This document shows positions 29,605 through 40,252 of a stretch of 64,000 nucleotides of DNA, in pieces; within the stretch, counting starts at the first letter, position 1; the number at the start of each line of letters is the position of its first letter. This stretch comes from Desulfosudaceae bacterium (GTDB lineage Bacteria > Desulfobacterota > Desulfobacteria > Desulfobacterales > Desulfosudaceae), in contig CAXXDV010000001.1 of NCBI GenBank assembly GCA_963674745.2, forward strand, positions 1,632,001 to 1,696,000. The letters run 5' to 3'. The notes under the pieces are model-generated. The model was not told where the DNA came from. It searched no databases and saw only the letters and a program-made list of their open reading frames with translations. The position numbers and the translations under genes were made by a program.

Positions 29605-31239
29605 TTAAACAACGTATTTGATTTGTAAACGATCCGCGGCCGCCTTGTCGTCAATACCCAGGGCGTCGGACATGCCGATGGGCAGAGACGTTGATCGGCC
29701 CAGGGGCGCGAATATTTTTTTCAACTCAACATCAAAACTGACGAACATGTCGACGATGCGCTCGGCCACCTGCTCCTGATCCAGCCGACGGTAAAGCCGG
29801 GGGTCCTGGGAGGTGATGCCCTTGGGGCAGAGGCCCACGTTGCAGATATTGCAACGGTCGGACTCCGAGCCGAGACAGCCGGCGGCCGCCTGCATGACAT
29901 ATTTTCCGGTCTGAACGCCACTGGCACCCAGCATGATCAGGGCCGCGGCATTGGCCGCCAGGTTTCCGGACTTGCCGACACCGCCGCCCGCAAAAAGGGG
30001 CAGTTCGTTCTGCATGCCCAGCTTGACCAGGTTTTGGTAGCAGTCCCGGAGGTTGCTGGCAATGGGATGGCCCATGGTGTTTAACGAGACATTGTAAGCC
30101 GCGCCGGTTCCACCATCTTCACCGTCAATGGCCAGTCCGGCCGCATAGCTGTTTCGGGTCAGGTTGTTGAGTACCGCCAGAGAAGTTGAGGTGGCCGAAA
30201 TTTTCGGGTATACCGGCACCCGGAACCCCCAGGCCATGTACATGGACTGGATCATTTTGGCTACGGCCTCTTCAATGGAATACTTTGTCTGGTGTGTGGG
30301 CGGGCTGGGCAGGCTGACGCCCTCGGGCACACCCCGGATGGCGGCAATCAATTTGTTGACCTTGTTCCACATGAGCAGACCGCCGTCGCCCGGTTTGGCA
30401 CCCTGACCATACTTGATTTCTATCGCACAGGGATCGACTTTCATTTCCGGGATGGCGTGAATGATTTCGTCCCACCCGAAATAGCCACTGGCGATCTGCA
30501 GGATAACGTACTGCAGAAAACGGCTTCGCAGCAGTCGGGGCGGGCAGCCGCCCTCACCGGTACACATACGCACCGGCATGTTCAGCTCTTCGTTCAGGTA
30601 GGCCACACCCATTTGCAGGCCTTCCCACATGGGCGGTGAAAGTGCGCCGAACGACATACCGCCGATGATCAGGGGATAAATTTCCCGGACCGGCGGAATC
30701 CAGCCATTTTCTTTTAAATGCTGCAGGTTGTCTTCCGGTGACAGCACCCGTCCCAGCAATGTGCGAAACTCAAACTCATGACGTCCGGCATCCAGGGCAG
30801 GGTCGGTCAGCATGGAAATACGGATGAACTTGATGCGATCCAGAATGCCGCCCGGTACGTTGCGCCGCCCGCCGCGACGGCGGGGCGCGCCGCCCTGGTT
30901 GATGTGAAAAACCAGCTTGTCGGCCTCATCGTTGCGAACCGCCATAATGGCGTCATTGGGGCAGACCATGCTGCACATGCCGCAGCCGATGCAGGCGTTT
31001 TCCGGTATCATTTTCTGCCGGATGCCGTGATAGACACTGAAATTGCTGGTCGAGGACTGATTGATGTCGATATTGGCCGCAATGGTCCGTTTTTGAAAGA
31101 CACCCAGTTCCAGTGCCCGGACAGGGCAGACAGCCGTGCAGCTGCCGCACAGGGTGCATTTGTCCTTGTCCCATACAATCTGCCAGGGCAGATCCCTGAC
31201 GTTTAATTGAGAAACGGCAATTCGTCCGTCTGTCGCCAT
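29605..31239 (-). CDS. Glutamate synthase FMN-binding subunit (GltB2) with N-terminal ferredoxin
   Basis: CTLCGSCTAVCP, CIGCGMCSMVCP, MSFGALS, TGEGG, EIKYGQGAKPGDGG, DGGTGAA, CNICNVGLCPKGITSQDP. Confidence 0.92.
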   Translation of the reverse strand: MATDGRIAVSQLNVRDLPWQIVWDKDKCTLCGSCTAVCPVRALELGVFQKRTIAANIDINQSSTSNFSVYHGIRQKMIPENACIGCGMCSMVCPNDAIMAVRNDEADKLVFHINQGGAPRRRGGRRNVPGGILDRIKFIRISMLTDPALDAGRHEFEFRTLLGRVLSPEDNLQHLKENGWIPPVREIYPLIIGGMSFGALSPPMWEGLQMGVAYLNEELNMPVRMCTGEGGCPPRLLRSRFLQYVILQIASGYFGWDEIIHAIPEMKVDPCAIEIKYGQGAKPGDGGLLMWNKVNKLIAAIRGVPEGVSLPSPPTHQTKYSIEEAVAKMIQSMYMAWGFRVPVYPKISATSTSLAVLNNLTRNSYAAGLAIDGEDGGTGAAYNVSLNTMGHPIASNLRDCYQNLVKLGMQNELPLFAGGGVGKSGNLAANAAALIMLGASGVQTGKYVMQAAAGCLGSESDRCNICNVGLCPKGITSQDPRLYRRLDQEQVAERIVDMFVSFDVELKKIFAPLGRSTSLPIGMSDALGIDDKAAADRLQIKYVV

Positions 31240-32333
31240 ATCTGAATCTCCTTACGATCCGGTCCCACATAAGCGGTGTCCAGATGCATGGGTTGAATGT
31301 CCTTGGTTTTGTCCCGGTCCGGAATAACGGCATCCAGCCCGCAGATTTCAGAGGAAAAGGCGTATCTGCCGGGATGTCCGCCCACCACGCCCGGACGCAG
31401 TTTCTTTCTGTCCTGGGCCATGAACATGGAATGGTCCGGCAAACAGCCGATGGTGCAGTTGGGGCCGTCGATAATCAGCCGGCGGCAACTGTGCTTCAAA
31501 TGTTTCAACAGTTCGCCATTGGGATGTCCGGCAATGGCGTCGTCCTGGAGCGGGGTAATGATGTGTTTGTAGGCGGCGATGCCCAGGCCGAGTCTTTCCA
31601 TAGTATAATGAAGAATATGGGTAAACACTTCCGAGTCGGAATAAAACCCGGTGTATCCGTCAAATCCTCTTGATTTGAGGTATTCCATGATCGGGACAAA
31701 AGCGGTGTTTTCGCCGTTGGTCATGGTGGAAAAACCATGCAGGAAAAAAGGGTGACAGGCATAGAGGTTAATGGCGTAGTTGGTGTTCTGTCGTCCCTGG
31801 GCCATGATTACCCGGGCGTATAATTCATCCCGATCCAGGTCCAGGTATCGGGCCACCGTCAGGGGGTCGCCGATTTCCTTTAACATAATCACGTCCGGCC
31901 AGAAGGAAAAAACAACCATGTCGCCCTTTTCTTTACCCATTTCAATCAATTGCAGGCGGATTCGGGTCAACCGGCTTTTGCGTTCATCCCAGCTGAGCCC
32001 GTCCCATTCCTCCGGGTACTCATAGGCCCGGATCAGGTAAACATCACGCTTGGGAATGCCCTTGGGCTGGGTTTTGGGGATTTTGATGGATATTTTATGC
32101 TTGGTCAAAAAGCCGATATCCATCATAAAGTGATCCAGGCGGCGTAAACCGTCACTGCTAAAAATACCCGACAGGACCGGTGAATCCTTTATTTTTTCAA
32201 ACGGTCCGCCAAGATCCCGTAAAAAAAGGCCGACACCAGACCCGTCATGGCCTTCCCGCATGACATCCAGCGCCTCCAGGGCAACCATTGGAGACAGCGG
32301 GCTCTCACTGGTGATGGCAAATAAGCGGCACAT
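31203..32333 (-). CDS. Class II glutamine amidotransferase (GltB1-like glutamate synthase subunit)
   Basis: N-terminal MCRL nucleophile, DGSGVG, QGRQNTN, CHPF, NGEN, SDSEVF, LRP, SSE. Confidence 0.9.
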   Translation of the reverse strand: MCRLFAITSESPLSPMVALEALDVMREGHDGSGVGLFLRDLGGPFEKIKDSPVLSGIFSSDGLRRLDHFMMDIGFLTKHKISIKIPKTQPKGIPKRDVYLIRAYEYPEEWDGLSWDERKSRLTRIRLQLIEMGKEKGDMVVFSFWPDVIMLKEIGDPLTVARYLDLDRDELYARVIMAQGRQNTNYAINLYACHPFFLHGFSTMTNGENTAFVPIMEYLKSRGFDGYTGFYSDSEVFTHILHYTMERLGLGIAAYKHIITPLQDDAIAGHPNGELLKHLKHSCRRLIIDGPNCTIGCLPDHSMFMAQDRKKLRPGVVGGHPGRYAFSSEICGLDAVIPDRDKTKDIQPMHLDTAYVGPDRKEIQIWRQTDELPFLN

Positions 32334-32435
32334 GGTTTTCTCCCCAGACCAGTTTTATAAACGGTCTTAATCTTTTATTAAGTATCTTAATGTATTGTCT
32401 TTTAAGTTTGCTTCAGCGTCCTTGTAAAGCGCATA

Positions 32436-32475
32436 AGGGGCAACGGTTGATCGATGGAACCTAACCGTTGCCCCT
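32436..32475. terminator. Strong hairpin downstream of glnA (terminator or processing site)
   Basis: AGGGGCAACGGTT-N14-AACCGTTGCCCCT; no clear U-tract. Confidence 0.55.
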
Positions 32476-32526
32476 ATATACTACCGCAAAAGCTATTGCA
32501 ACCGCATTAATAGATGTTAATACGGA

Positions 32527-33861
32527 TTACAGTTTCGGCAGATATTCCTCGATCTCAAACTGGCTGACGTGGGTCCGATATTTATCCCATTCAACTTTTT
32601 TGTTTTCGATAAATTTGTCAAATATGTGGTCGCCCAGAATCCTTTTTACCAGTTCGCTTTTTTCCGTTTCCTGGATAGCGGCATACAGGTTGCCGGGAAG
32701 TTCGGTAATCCCTTTTTGTGACCGTTCGGCCGGTGTCATTTCAAAAATATCTTCTTCAATGGGATCGGGCAGTTCATATTTCTTTTCGATACCTTCGAGG
32801 CCCGCGCCCAGCATCACGGCAAAGGCCAGGTAGGGGTTGCAGGAAGGATCGGGGGCCCGGAATTCCATTCTGGTAGCCGCTTCTTTTCCGGGTTTGTACA
32901 TGGGAACCCGGATCATGGCCGATCGGTTGCGATTGGCCCAGGATACATAAACCGGCGCTTCATAACCGGGTACCAGCCGCTTGTAGGAATTGACCCACTG
33001 GTTGGTGATGGAAATTATTTCCGGCGCGTGCTTCAGGATGCCCGCGATATAGTGTTTGGCTAAATCAGAGAGGTTGAACTCGGCATCCTTGTTATAGAAG
33101 GCGTTTTTGCCGTCTTTGAACAGAGACTGATGAACATGCATGCCGCTTCCGTTTTCGCCGAACAACGGTTTGGGCATAAACGTGGCATAAATGCCGTTCT
33201 TGTTGGCAATCTCTTTTACTACCGTGCGGTAGGTCATGGTAATGTCGGCCATGGTCATACCTTCGGCATAACGAAGGTCGATTTCGTGCTGGCTGGGCGC
33301 GACTTCATGATGGCTGTACTCGACCTGGATGCCCATGGACTGGAGGGCGAAAATGGTCTGGCGCCGTAAATCTCCCGCCATGTCCACCGGACGGGCGTCA
33401 AAATATCCGCCTTTGTCGAGGATCTGGGTGCCGGCGTCATTCGCGAAATAGAAGTATTCCAGCTCAGGGCCGATATAAAATGTGTATCCTTGCTCCGCTA
33501 CCCGGCCAAGCAGTCGTTTGAAGACATAACGCGGATCGCCTTCATAGGGTTCCCCTTGAGGTGTCAATATATCACAGATCATTCGCGCCACCGGACGCTC
33601 ATCCTCACCCCGCCAGGGCACGAACTGAAAAGTGGTGGGGTCGGGCCTGGCAATCATGTCACTTTCATGAATGCGGCAGAAACCCTCGATGGATGATCCG
33701 TCAAAACCCATTCCTTCTACAATACCCTCTTCCAGCTCGTCCGGTGTAATGGCAAAGCTTTTCAACCGTCCCAGTACGTCGGTGAACCAGAACTGAATAA
33801 AGCTGACGTTTTTTTCCTTGACGATTTTTTTGACATCTTCGGCATCCTTGCAAATAACCAT
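32527..33861 (-). CDS. glnA: Glutamine synthetase type I
   Basis: GFDGSSIEGF, GPELEYF, HHEVAPSQHEI, FMPKP..GENGSGMHVHQSL, NSYKRLVPGYEAP, NRSAMIRVP, EFRAPDPSCNPYLA. Confidence 0.97.
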   Translation of the reverse strand: MVICKDAEDVKKIVKEKNVSFIQFWFTDVLGRLKSFAITPDELEEGIVEGMGFDGSSIEGFCRIHESDMIARPDPTTFQFVPWRGEDERPVARMICDILTPQGEPYEGDPRYVFKRLLGRVAEQGYTFYIGPELEYFYFANDAGTQILDKGGYFDARPVDMAGDLRRQTIFALQSMGIQVEYSHHEVAPSQHEIDLRYAEGMTMADITMTYRTVVKEIANKNGIYATFMPKPLFGENGSGMHVHQSLFKDGKNAFYNKDAEFNLSDLAKHYIAGILKHAPEIISITNQWVNSYKRLVPGYEAPVYVSWANRNRSAMIRVPMYKPGKEAATRMEFRAPDPSCNPYLAFAVMLGAGLEGIEKKYELPDPIEEDIFEMTPAERSQKGITELPGNLYAAIQETEKSELVKRILGDHIFDKFIENKKVEWDKYRTHVSQFEIEEYLPKL

Positions 33862-33929
33862 GACGTCCTCCTGCTTTTTGAATGCATACGGCTATTAAAA
33901 AATATAGCTGTTCTTTTTAAGCCTATTGA

Positions 33930-33945
33930 GCAACATGCGTGCCAG
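33930..33945 (-). promoter_or_regulatory. Sigma54 -24/-12 promoter of glnA
   Basis: Minus strand CTGGCACGCATGTTGC. Confidence 0.88.
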
Positions 33946-34020
33946 AAAAACAACTATCCATAATTATTAAGTTTTTATTGTTTCCGAAAAAAAGTTGCGA
34001 TCCGGTTGTAAAAAAGAATG

Positions 34021-34061
34021 ACAGTTTTGTATGGTTTTTCAAAAAATAATTACAAATATGT
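34021..34061. promoter_or_regulatory. Paired ACA-N4-TGT candidate enhancer boxes (glnA)
   Basis: ACAGTTTTGT 34021-34030; ACAAATATGT 34052-34061. Confidence 0.65.
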
Positions 34062-34206
34062 AGTTTTCAGCGGACGCTTTTTATCAATAGCAGTGAAGAT
34101 TTATTTTTTTATCATTATTGTCTGAATAACACAATTTTTTTCTGTCGTTCATTCGAAATAATTCGAGGAAAATGATTTTTCGATAGGGCCGGGCCCCGGA
34201 CAAAGA

Positions 34207-34243
34207 AAAGGCCTGCCGGCGACAATTTGTCGCCGACAGGCCG
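34207..34243 (-). terminator. Intrinsic terminator after amt (34280)
   Basis: GGCCTG.CGGCGACAA/TTGTCGCCG.CAGGCC hairpin with a U-tract on the minus strand. Confidence 0.7.
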
Positions 34244-34279
34244 GGGGGTGGGGGTGGGCAAGTTAGTAAAGCGTCCGGC

Positions 34280-35611
34280 TTACTGCTGGCTGTAGGCCGA
34301 GGTGGCAAAATCCGGATAAGCGTTGTTGCCGTGCTCAATGGAATCCAATCCTTCGGCTTCTTCTTCCGGGGATACCCGCAGGCCGATGACCATATCGATT
34401 ACCTTGAACATGATAAAGGCTGTGACAAATGTCCAGACAAAGCAAACGCCGATACCCAGCAGCTGGACGCCGATGATTTTGCCTGTAGTGCCGCCGATAT
34501 TGAAGATTCCGGCTGCCAGGGTGCCCCAGGCACCGTTGATGCCATGTACTGAAATGGCGCCGACCGGGTCATCTACTTTTATTTTATCAAAGAACAGTAC
34601 GGCAAATACAACCAGCACACCGGCGATGGCACCGATAATAATGGAACTGGTCGGGGAGACATTGGCACAACCGGCCGTAATGGCCACCAAACCGGCCAGG
34701 GCGCCGTTTAGGCTCATGCTGACTTCCGGTTTTCCGAATTTTATCCAGGAAACAATCATGGCGACAACGCAGCCGGTGGCGGCCGCCAGGTTGGTGTTGA
34801 CGAAAATCATGGCAATGCTTTTGTCGGCCGTGGTCGTGGAGCCGGGGTTGAACCCGAACCAGCCCAGCCAGAGGATGAAGACGCCAAGCGCGGCCAGGGG
34901 TATATTGTGACCCAGGATGGGGCGGATTTTTCCGTCACTGGTGTATTTGCCCAAACGGGGGCCGAGGACCAGTGTTCCGGCCAGGGCGGCCCAGCCACCG
35001 ACAGAGTGGACCACGGTGGATCCGGCAAAGTCGATAAACCCGAGGCCTTCCAGCCAGCCGCTGCCGTGAAACAGGCTGCCCCAGGCCCAGGAGCCGAATA
35101 TCGGGTAAATTATGGCGCTGATAAAAACGCTGTAGACCAGATAGCCGATGAATTTAGTCCGTTCAGCCATGGCGCCGGAAACAATGGTGGCGGCTGTGGC
35201 GGCAAAAACCACCTGGAACATCCAGAATGCCAGGACCCAGGGGTCTCCGTCCGGTGAAAAATCGCTTAAAAAGAAGCCGCTGGTGCCGAACCATCCGGTT
35301 TTGGACGCTCCGAACATGAGGCCGAACCCGATTGCCCAGAAAGCCAGGGAGCCCATGGAAAAATCCATCAGGTTTTTCATCATAATGTTGACAGCGTTCT
35401 TGGCGCGCGTGAAGCCGCACTCGACCATGGCGAACCCGGCCTGCATGAAGAAAACCAGGGCGGCGGCCACCAGGGTCCACATGTAGTTGGCATGGGTCTG
35501 AACCAGCGCGATGGCGTCGGCGTTCGTTAGCGGGGTGACTTTTTCGTCTCCCGCCCAGGCGCTGAGGGCGCATAATGAAATAATAATTGTAGCGGATAGT
35601 ATACGTTTCAT
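34280..35611 (-). CDS. amt: Ammonium transporter 1
   Basis: LVFFMQAGF, IVSGAMAER, DFAGSTVVH, WFGFN, NGALAGLVAITAG, DDPVGAISVHG; SD AAGGAG before ATG 35611. Confidence 0.95.
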   Translation of the reverse strand: MKRILSATIIISLCALSAWAGDEKVTPLTNADAIALVQTHANYMWTLVAAALVFFMQAGFAMVECGFTRAKNAVNIMMKNLMDFSMGSLAFWAIGFGLMFGASKTGWFGTSGFFLSDFSPDGDPWVLAFWMFQVVFAATAATIVSGAMAERTKFIGYLVYSVFISAIIYPIFGSWAWGSLFHGSGWLEGLGFIDFAGSTVVHSVGGWAALAGTLVLGPRLGKYTSDGKIRPILGHNIPLAALGVFILWLGWFGFNPGSTTTADKSIAMIFVNTNLAAATGCVVAMIVSWIKFGKPEVSMSLNGALAGLVAITAGCANVSPTSSIIIGAIAGVLVVFAVLFFDKIKVDDPVGAISVHGINGAWGTLAAGIFNIGGTTGKIIGVQLLGIGVCFVWTFVTAFIMFKVIDMVIGLRVSPEEEAEGLDSIEHGNNAYPDFATSAYSQQ

Positions 35612-35633
35612 GGTGACAAACTCCTTTCTTTTG

Positions 35634-36005
<372 letters not shown>

Positions 36006-36041
36006 TTACACCTTTTGTTAACGTTGTTGTTTTTATAAAAA

Positions 36042-36056
36042 GCAAGGGGTGTGCCA
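36042..36056 (-). promoter_or_regulatory. Sigma54 promoter of glnK1-amt1
   Basis: Minus strand TGGCACACCCCTTGC. Confidence 0.88.
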
Positions 36057-36146
36057 AGAGTCAAAAAGCAGTTTTGAATTTAAAATAATAAATTAATTTC
36101 AATATGTTAAAAGAAAACGCCTTTCTGAACGAAAAAAATAAATAAT

Positions 36147-36186
36147 ACAATTTTGTTGCTAAGAAATCAAAATATTACATTTATGT
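36147..36186. promoter_or_regulatory. Paired ACA-N4-TGT candidate enhancer boxes (glnK1)
   Basis: ACAATTTTGT 36147-36156; ACATTTATGT 36177-36186. Confidence 0.65.
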
Positions 36187-36318
36187 ATATAGCGTGGGCG
36201 GGTCAATTATAGAAAAGCCATGACGCATTTTTGCATCCGTCGGATGCGAGGGGGGGGCACAAAAACCAATTTTTTCGGGAGAAGGCCGGGTGTCTGTTCA
36301 GGGGAAATTAAGGATAAG

Positions 36319-36356
36319 AAAAAAGCGGGAGACAATTAATTGTCTCCCGCTTTTTT
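36319..36356. terminator. Intrinsic terminator after glnK2
   Basis: AAAAAAGCGGGAGACAA-TTAA-TTGTCTCCCGCTTTTTT. Confidence 0.88.
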
Positions 36357-36404
36357 CTGTTGGTGGTGAATTTTACCGGTTTCAAATCAAAGATGCCCTC
36401 AAGG

Positions 36405-36755
<351 letters not shown>

Positions 36756-36758
36756 TTA

Positions 36759-38048
36759 TTAGTCTAATTCAAAAGCTCTTTCACCGTGGAGGGCGCTGTC
36801 AAGTCCCATCATCTCATCGTCCCGGCTAACCCGTAAACCGCCGGTGATCAATCGTGTGATCAGGATGATGATCAGCGTTCCCAGGGCTGAAAACCCGATT
36901 GTGGCCACGATAGAAACGGCCTGTATAACTACCTGGTAAGCGTTTCCATAAAACAGTCCCCTGGTGCCTTCGGCAATAGCCGGGCTGGCGAACAGCCCGG
37001 TAGCAAGGGCGCCCCAGATGCCGCAGATGCCGTGAACACCAAAGGCGTCCAGAGAATCGTCGTAGCCCAGCTTGTGCTTGATAACGGAAACGCTGTAAAA
37101 TCCCAGCAGGCCGGCTACCAGCCCGATGATCAGGGATGCCGGCAGGTTGACAAATCCGGCCGCCGGTGTAATGGCGACCAGGCCGGCCACGACACCGGAA
37201 GCAAGTCCCAGCAGCGTGGGCTTTTTGGAGACAACCCATTCGGCGAACATCCAGGCCATGGCCGCCATGGCGGCGGAGGAGTTGGTGACCAGAAAGGCGG
37301 AGCCGGCCAGCCCGTTGGCTGCCAGGGCGCTGCCGGCATTGAAGCCGAACCAGCCGAACCACAACAATGCCGCGCCCAGGGCGGTCAGAGTGACGCTGGA
37401 GGGAAACATGGCGTCTTTGCCGTAGCCTTCCCGTTTGCCCAGCACCAGGGCCAGTACCAGTCCGGCTATACCGGCATTAATATGGACCACGTTGCCGCCG
37501 GCAAAATCCAGTGCGCCCATTTCCGCCATCCAGCCGCCGCCCCAGACCCAGTGTGCCACCGGAGCGTATACAAAGGTCAGCCAGAGAACGGAAAAAACGA
37601 TCCAGGACGAGAATTTCATACGATCAACAACCGAGCCCAGTACCAGCGCCACGGTAATCGCGGCAAAGGTCAGCTGAAACAATACAAAAACATTGGTTGG
37701 AATAGAACCGAAAAGGCTTTCAGGCGTAATGGATTTTAAAAACAGAAAATCCAATCCGCCGATTAGCCCACCCTTGTCCGGCCCAAAAGCCAGGGTGTAT
37801 CCCCAGCTGACCCACACCAGGCTGCCCAGGCAGTAGGCGGCGAACGTCATGGCATAGGTGTTTAACAGGTTTTTGTGCCTGGACATGCCGCCATAAAAAA
37901 GCGCCAGGCCGGCCGGCGTCATCATCATGACCAGGGCTGTGGCGACAATGATCCAGGCCGTGTCCCCGGTATCCATACCGGTTTCCCCTGCAAAAGCAGG
38001 TGTCAGAGGGATCAGCAGTCCGAACAGTAATAAAAGAATGCGTTTCAT
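36759..38048 (-). CDS. amtB: Ammonium transporter 2 (AmtB-like)
   Basis: GLALFYGG, FQLTFA, AHWVWGGG, DFAGGNVVH, WFGWFGFNAGS, YDDSLDAFGVHG, LHGE. Confidence 0.94.
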   Translation of the reverse strand: MKRILLLLFGLLIPLTPAFAGETGMDTGDTAWIIVATALVMMMTPAGLALFYGGMSRHKNLLNTYAMTFAAYCLGSLVWVSWGYTLAFGPDKGGLIGGLDFLFLKSITPESLFGSIPTNVFVLFQLTFAAITVALVLGSVVDRMKFSSWIVFSVLWLTFVYAPVAHWVWGGGWMAEMGALDFAGGNVVHINAGIAGLVLALVLGKREGYGKDAMFPSSVTLTALGAALLWFGWFGFNAGSALAANGLAGSAFLVTNSSAAMAAMAWMFAEWVVSKKPTLLGLASGVVAGLVAITPAAGFVNLPASLIIGLVAGLLGFYSVSVIKHKLGYDDSLDAFGVHGICGIWGALATGLFASPAIAEGTRGLFYGNAYQVVIQAVSIVATIGFSALGTLIIILITRLITGGLRVSRDDEMMGLDSALHGERAFELD

Positions 38049-38105
38049 AATCGTTTCCTTTCTTTATTTTTATTTCAGGTTTGGCGTTTGTTGTATATGT
38101 TCACT

Positions 38106-38120
38106 GCAAGGGGTGTGCCA
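38106..38120 (-). promoter_or_regulatory. Sigma54 promoter of amt2-glnK2
   Basis: Minus strand TGGCACACCCCTTGC, identical to the glnK1 promoter core. Confidence 0.88.
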
Positions 38121-38207
38121 ATGGTTTAGTCGGGGCTCGAAAACGAAAACTAATTGTATTTATTGCGGTTTTCAACTTACAAAAATATTTTCCTAAAAAC
38201 TAAAAGT

Positions 38208-38238
38208 ACAGAATTGTAATATAATAAAACATTAATGT
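38208..38238. promoter_or_regulatory. Paired ACA-N4-TGT candidate enhancer boxes (amt2)
   Basis: ACAGAATTGT 38208-38217; ACATTAATGT 38229-38238. Confidence 0.65.
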
Positions 38239-38300
38239 GATTTTGTCGGTATGGGCGGTGGCTCTTAATGGTCGGGTCAGCGGAAGATTGTGGAGAAAAT

Positions 38301-38345
38301 AAAAAAACGGCCGGACAGAAAACGTCGTTCTGTCCGGCCGTTTTT
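38301..38345. terminator. Intrinsic terminator after glnK3
   Basis: AAAAAAACGGCCGGACAGAA...TTCTGTCCGGCCGTTTTT. Confidence 0.88.
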
Positions 38346-38467
38346 AAAGTCAAATGACCTTATAGGTAACAACAGTATAGGGGCCCTGTTCCTTTAAAAC
38401 CTTTACCCACAGCACGGCTCCTGTTAACTGCCGGTTTCGTTGCGGGCCATGTCCGGTTGGATGCTGA

Positions 38468-38821
<354 letters not shown>

Positions 38822-40156
38822 TTATTTGACAAAATCAGAATGAATCAGGCCGTATCCGTTCTCTCCATGCAGGGACTGGTCAAGACCATCCACTTCACCC
38901 TGCTCGTCAATTCTGAACCCGACTGTTTTTTCTACCAGAAAATATATTATCAAGGTACCCACCACGGCAAGAAGAATAGTTACACCAATACCCAGCAGTT
39001 GAATCGTTAACTGGTTCCAGACACTCCAGGAGCCGCCGGCCGCGGTCGCGGCGCTTTTCATCCAGCTGTCCCGGATAAAGAAGCTCAGCAGCAATACGCC
39101 GAGGCCGCTGCCGATACCATGAATCCCGAAACAGTCGAGGCTGTCATCGTAGCCCAATTTTGTTTTTGCCACCAGGGCATAGTAACAGGCAACAGCCGAG
39201 CAGGCGCCGAGAATAATGGCGCCGGAAGGCTGCACCACGCCCGCGGCCGGTGTAATAACCACCAGGCCGGCTAAAATACCTGATACAAAACCCAGCGAGG
39301 TCGCCTTCCGGTAAATCAGTGCTTCTATAATCATCCATGTCAAAGCACCGCTGGCTGCGGAGACCTGCGTCATGGTCAGTGCCCGGGCCGTATCCAGTCC
39401 GCTTTGCACGGTTGAACCGGCGTTGAAACCGAACCAGCCCACCCACAGCAGGCCGGCACCCATCATGGTCATGACCATGTTGTTCGGAATCATCGGCGTT
39501 TTCGGATATCCCTTGCGGCTGCCGAGCAGCAGGGCGATGACCAGGGCGCTGATACCGGCTGAAACGTGAATCACCGTGCCGCCGGCCAGGTCGATAACAC
39601 CGGCCGCCCCGGCATTGAACAGCCAGCCGTCGGACGCCCAGACCCAGTGGCAAAGCGGGCAGTATACCAGCAGAAACCAGAGGGTGATAAACAGTGTGTA
39701 GCCACGGAAATAGACCCGCTCGGCCAGCGCGCCGCTGATGAGGGCCGGCGTAATGATGGCGAATTTGCCCTGAAACATGGCCAGCACGTATTCCGGTACG
39801 CCGTTAACAATACTTTCATCAATGCCGTTTAATAAAAGATAGTCCGGGTTCCAGCCGATAAAACCGCCCAGAACACTTTTGCCAAACGTCAAAGAATAGC
39901 CGACCACGACCCATAGTACGCCGATAACAGCCATGGCCACGAAGCTGTGCATCATGGTGCCGAGCACATTTTTTGTTCGAACCAGACCGCCATAAAACAT
40001 GGCCAGTCCCGGTACCATGAGCAGCACCAGAGCGGTTGACGTCAGCATCCAGCAGGTTGTCCCGGTATCAATGTCGCCTTCCGCGGCAAAGACGAACTCA
40101 GGCAATACCAGCACCAAAAAGAATCCCCATACCGGTAGACTCAGCTTAAACTTCAT
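38822..40156 (-). CDS. amt: Ammonium transporter 3
   Basis: PGLAMFYGG, FQGKFAIITPALISGALAER, DLAGGTVIH, WFGFNAGS, YDDSLDCFGIHG. Confidence 0.94.
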   Translation of the reverse strand: MKFKLSLPVWGFFLVLVLPEFVFAAEGDIDTGTTCWMLTSTALVLLMVPGLAMFYGGLVRTKNVLGTMMHSFVAMAVIGVLWVVVGYSLTFGKSVLGGFIGWNPDYLLLNGIDESIVNGVPEYVLAMFQGKFAIITPALISGALAERVYFRGYTLFITLWFLLVYCPLCHWVWASDGWLFNAGAAGVIDLAGGTVIHVSAGISALVIALLLGSRKGYPKTPMIPNNMVMTMMGAGLLWVGWFGFNAGSTVQSGLDTARALTMTQVSAASGALTWMIIEALIYRKATSLGFVSGILAGLVVITPAAGVVQPSGAIILGACSAVACYYALVAKTKLGYDDSLDCFGIHGIGSGLGVLLLSFFIRDSWMKSAATAAGGSWSVWNQLTIQLLGIGVTILLAVVGTLIIYFLVEKTVGFRIDEQGEVDGLDQSLHGENGYGLIHSDFVK

Positions 40157-40252
40157 TTTTTACCTCCTCACCCCAATTTTTAAATTACACGATTATCCTC
40201 CACACCTGTGACCTAAGGGCACCTTTAAATGTCGTGCCGGTGCTGAATCATC

